This document shows, piece after piece, positions 63,196 through 64,000 of a stretch of DNA of 64,000 bases. The stretch is from Sphagnum compactum (lineage: Eukaryota), in contig OZ234493.1 of NCBI GenBank assembly GCA_965153455.1, forward strand, positions 25,844,213-25,908,212, read 5' to 3'. The stretch's first letter is position 1. Each line of letters starts with the position of its first letter. The position numbers and the translations under genes are program-made. The notes beneath the pieces were generated by a model, which saw only the letters and a list, made by a program, of their open reading frames with translations, was not told where the DNA came from and ran no database searches.

Positions 63196-64000
63196 ACTCA
63201 GAGTGCAAAGTATGTTCAAACTTAATAGGGTTTCAATTGGTGGCCAAATATTCCTCCTGGTGGCTATATTCATCCTATGGAACAAGAGGATTTTACATTT
63301 CAACCAATATTTTACAAAAAAAAGTAACCACCCATTAGTTTATATACTTGACCCTTACCCCTCATTTCACTCTTTGAAAAAGAGAAAATCCCACCACACA
63401 TGTAAAAACCAGTGTTATGCAGGTCTTTGATTCTGCACCCCAACAGTGAATAGACCCATTTACATTTACACGGACTTAAGAGATAATCAAGCATCAATAG
63501 AATTCTATGGTCGGATATCATACCAACTCCAAAAGGCAGAATTGCAAATTGATGTGCAGAAATCTAAACTTGGAATAATTGGCAGAAAAGAAGTGGAATC
63601 ATGTTGATGTGAATTTGGAGAAGCTAGAAGACTAAAAAGCTTATTTATACTTTAGAACACATTTGAAGATGTTTGTTGGGTGTGGACTGCTAATTAATGT
63701 GCTTAAAACTTTCACCAAGATGCATGACTCTGTATCACCCCGCCCCACCCCCTACCCCCAATGTTTTGAGCTTGGTAACTATCTCTATGAGTATGAGGTC
63801 TGTTTGTTATCATGCCCCCATGTTGGGTTGGCTAAATGTAATATTCTCCTGATGAACTTTTCCCCTTTTCACTTGGATTGTTGAATACAAAAATGACTTT
63901 TCAATGTAAAATTTCTTGGCCAAGTTCCTTTTGTAGTTCCTAACCTTGAACTAGGAGGGTAATAATATTATAGAGAATAGGTAAATGGACAGAATTTCCT

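Overview
Eukaryotic land-plant nuclear DNA. It is most likely a bryophyte such as a Sphagnum-type moss; this is an inference from gene style and repeat content. The left half (1-35.5 kb) is AT-rich and full of decayed repeats: tandem arrays, MITE-like TIR elements, a solo LTR with a 5-bp TSD, a ~1.6-kb foldback minisatellite and stop-riddled coding remnants. It holds one compact gene, a secreted precursor ending in DYSDPRTHPPRGN, an RGF/GLV/CLEL-type sulfopeptide. The right half is gene-dense, with five genes. (1) An intronless DUF1221/HeLo-like + protein kinase (plant MLKL-like architecture, catalytic motifs largely intact). (2) A 6-exon TMEM245-like membrane protein that needs a GC-AG intron. 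(3) A divergently transcribed chloroplast two-RRM RNP, separated from (2) by a tandem array of CCGTC..GACGG dyads. (4) A 3-exon nepenthesin/ASPG1-like aspartic protease. (5) A 4-exon DUF3537 membrane protein. Exon structures were derived by hand from splice signals and reading-frame continuity. Family assignments come from recalled motifs, not database searches.
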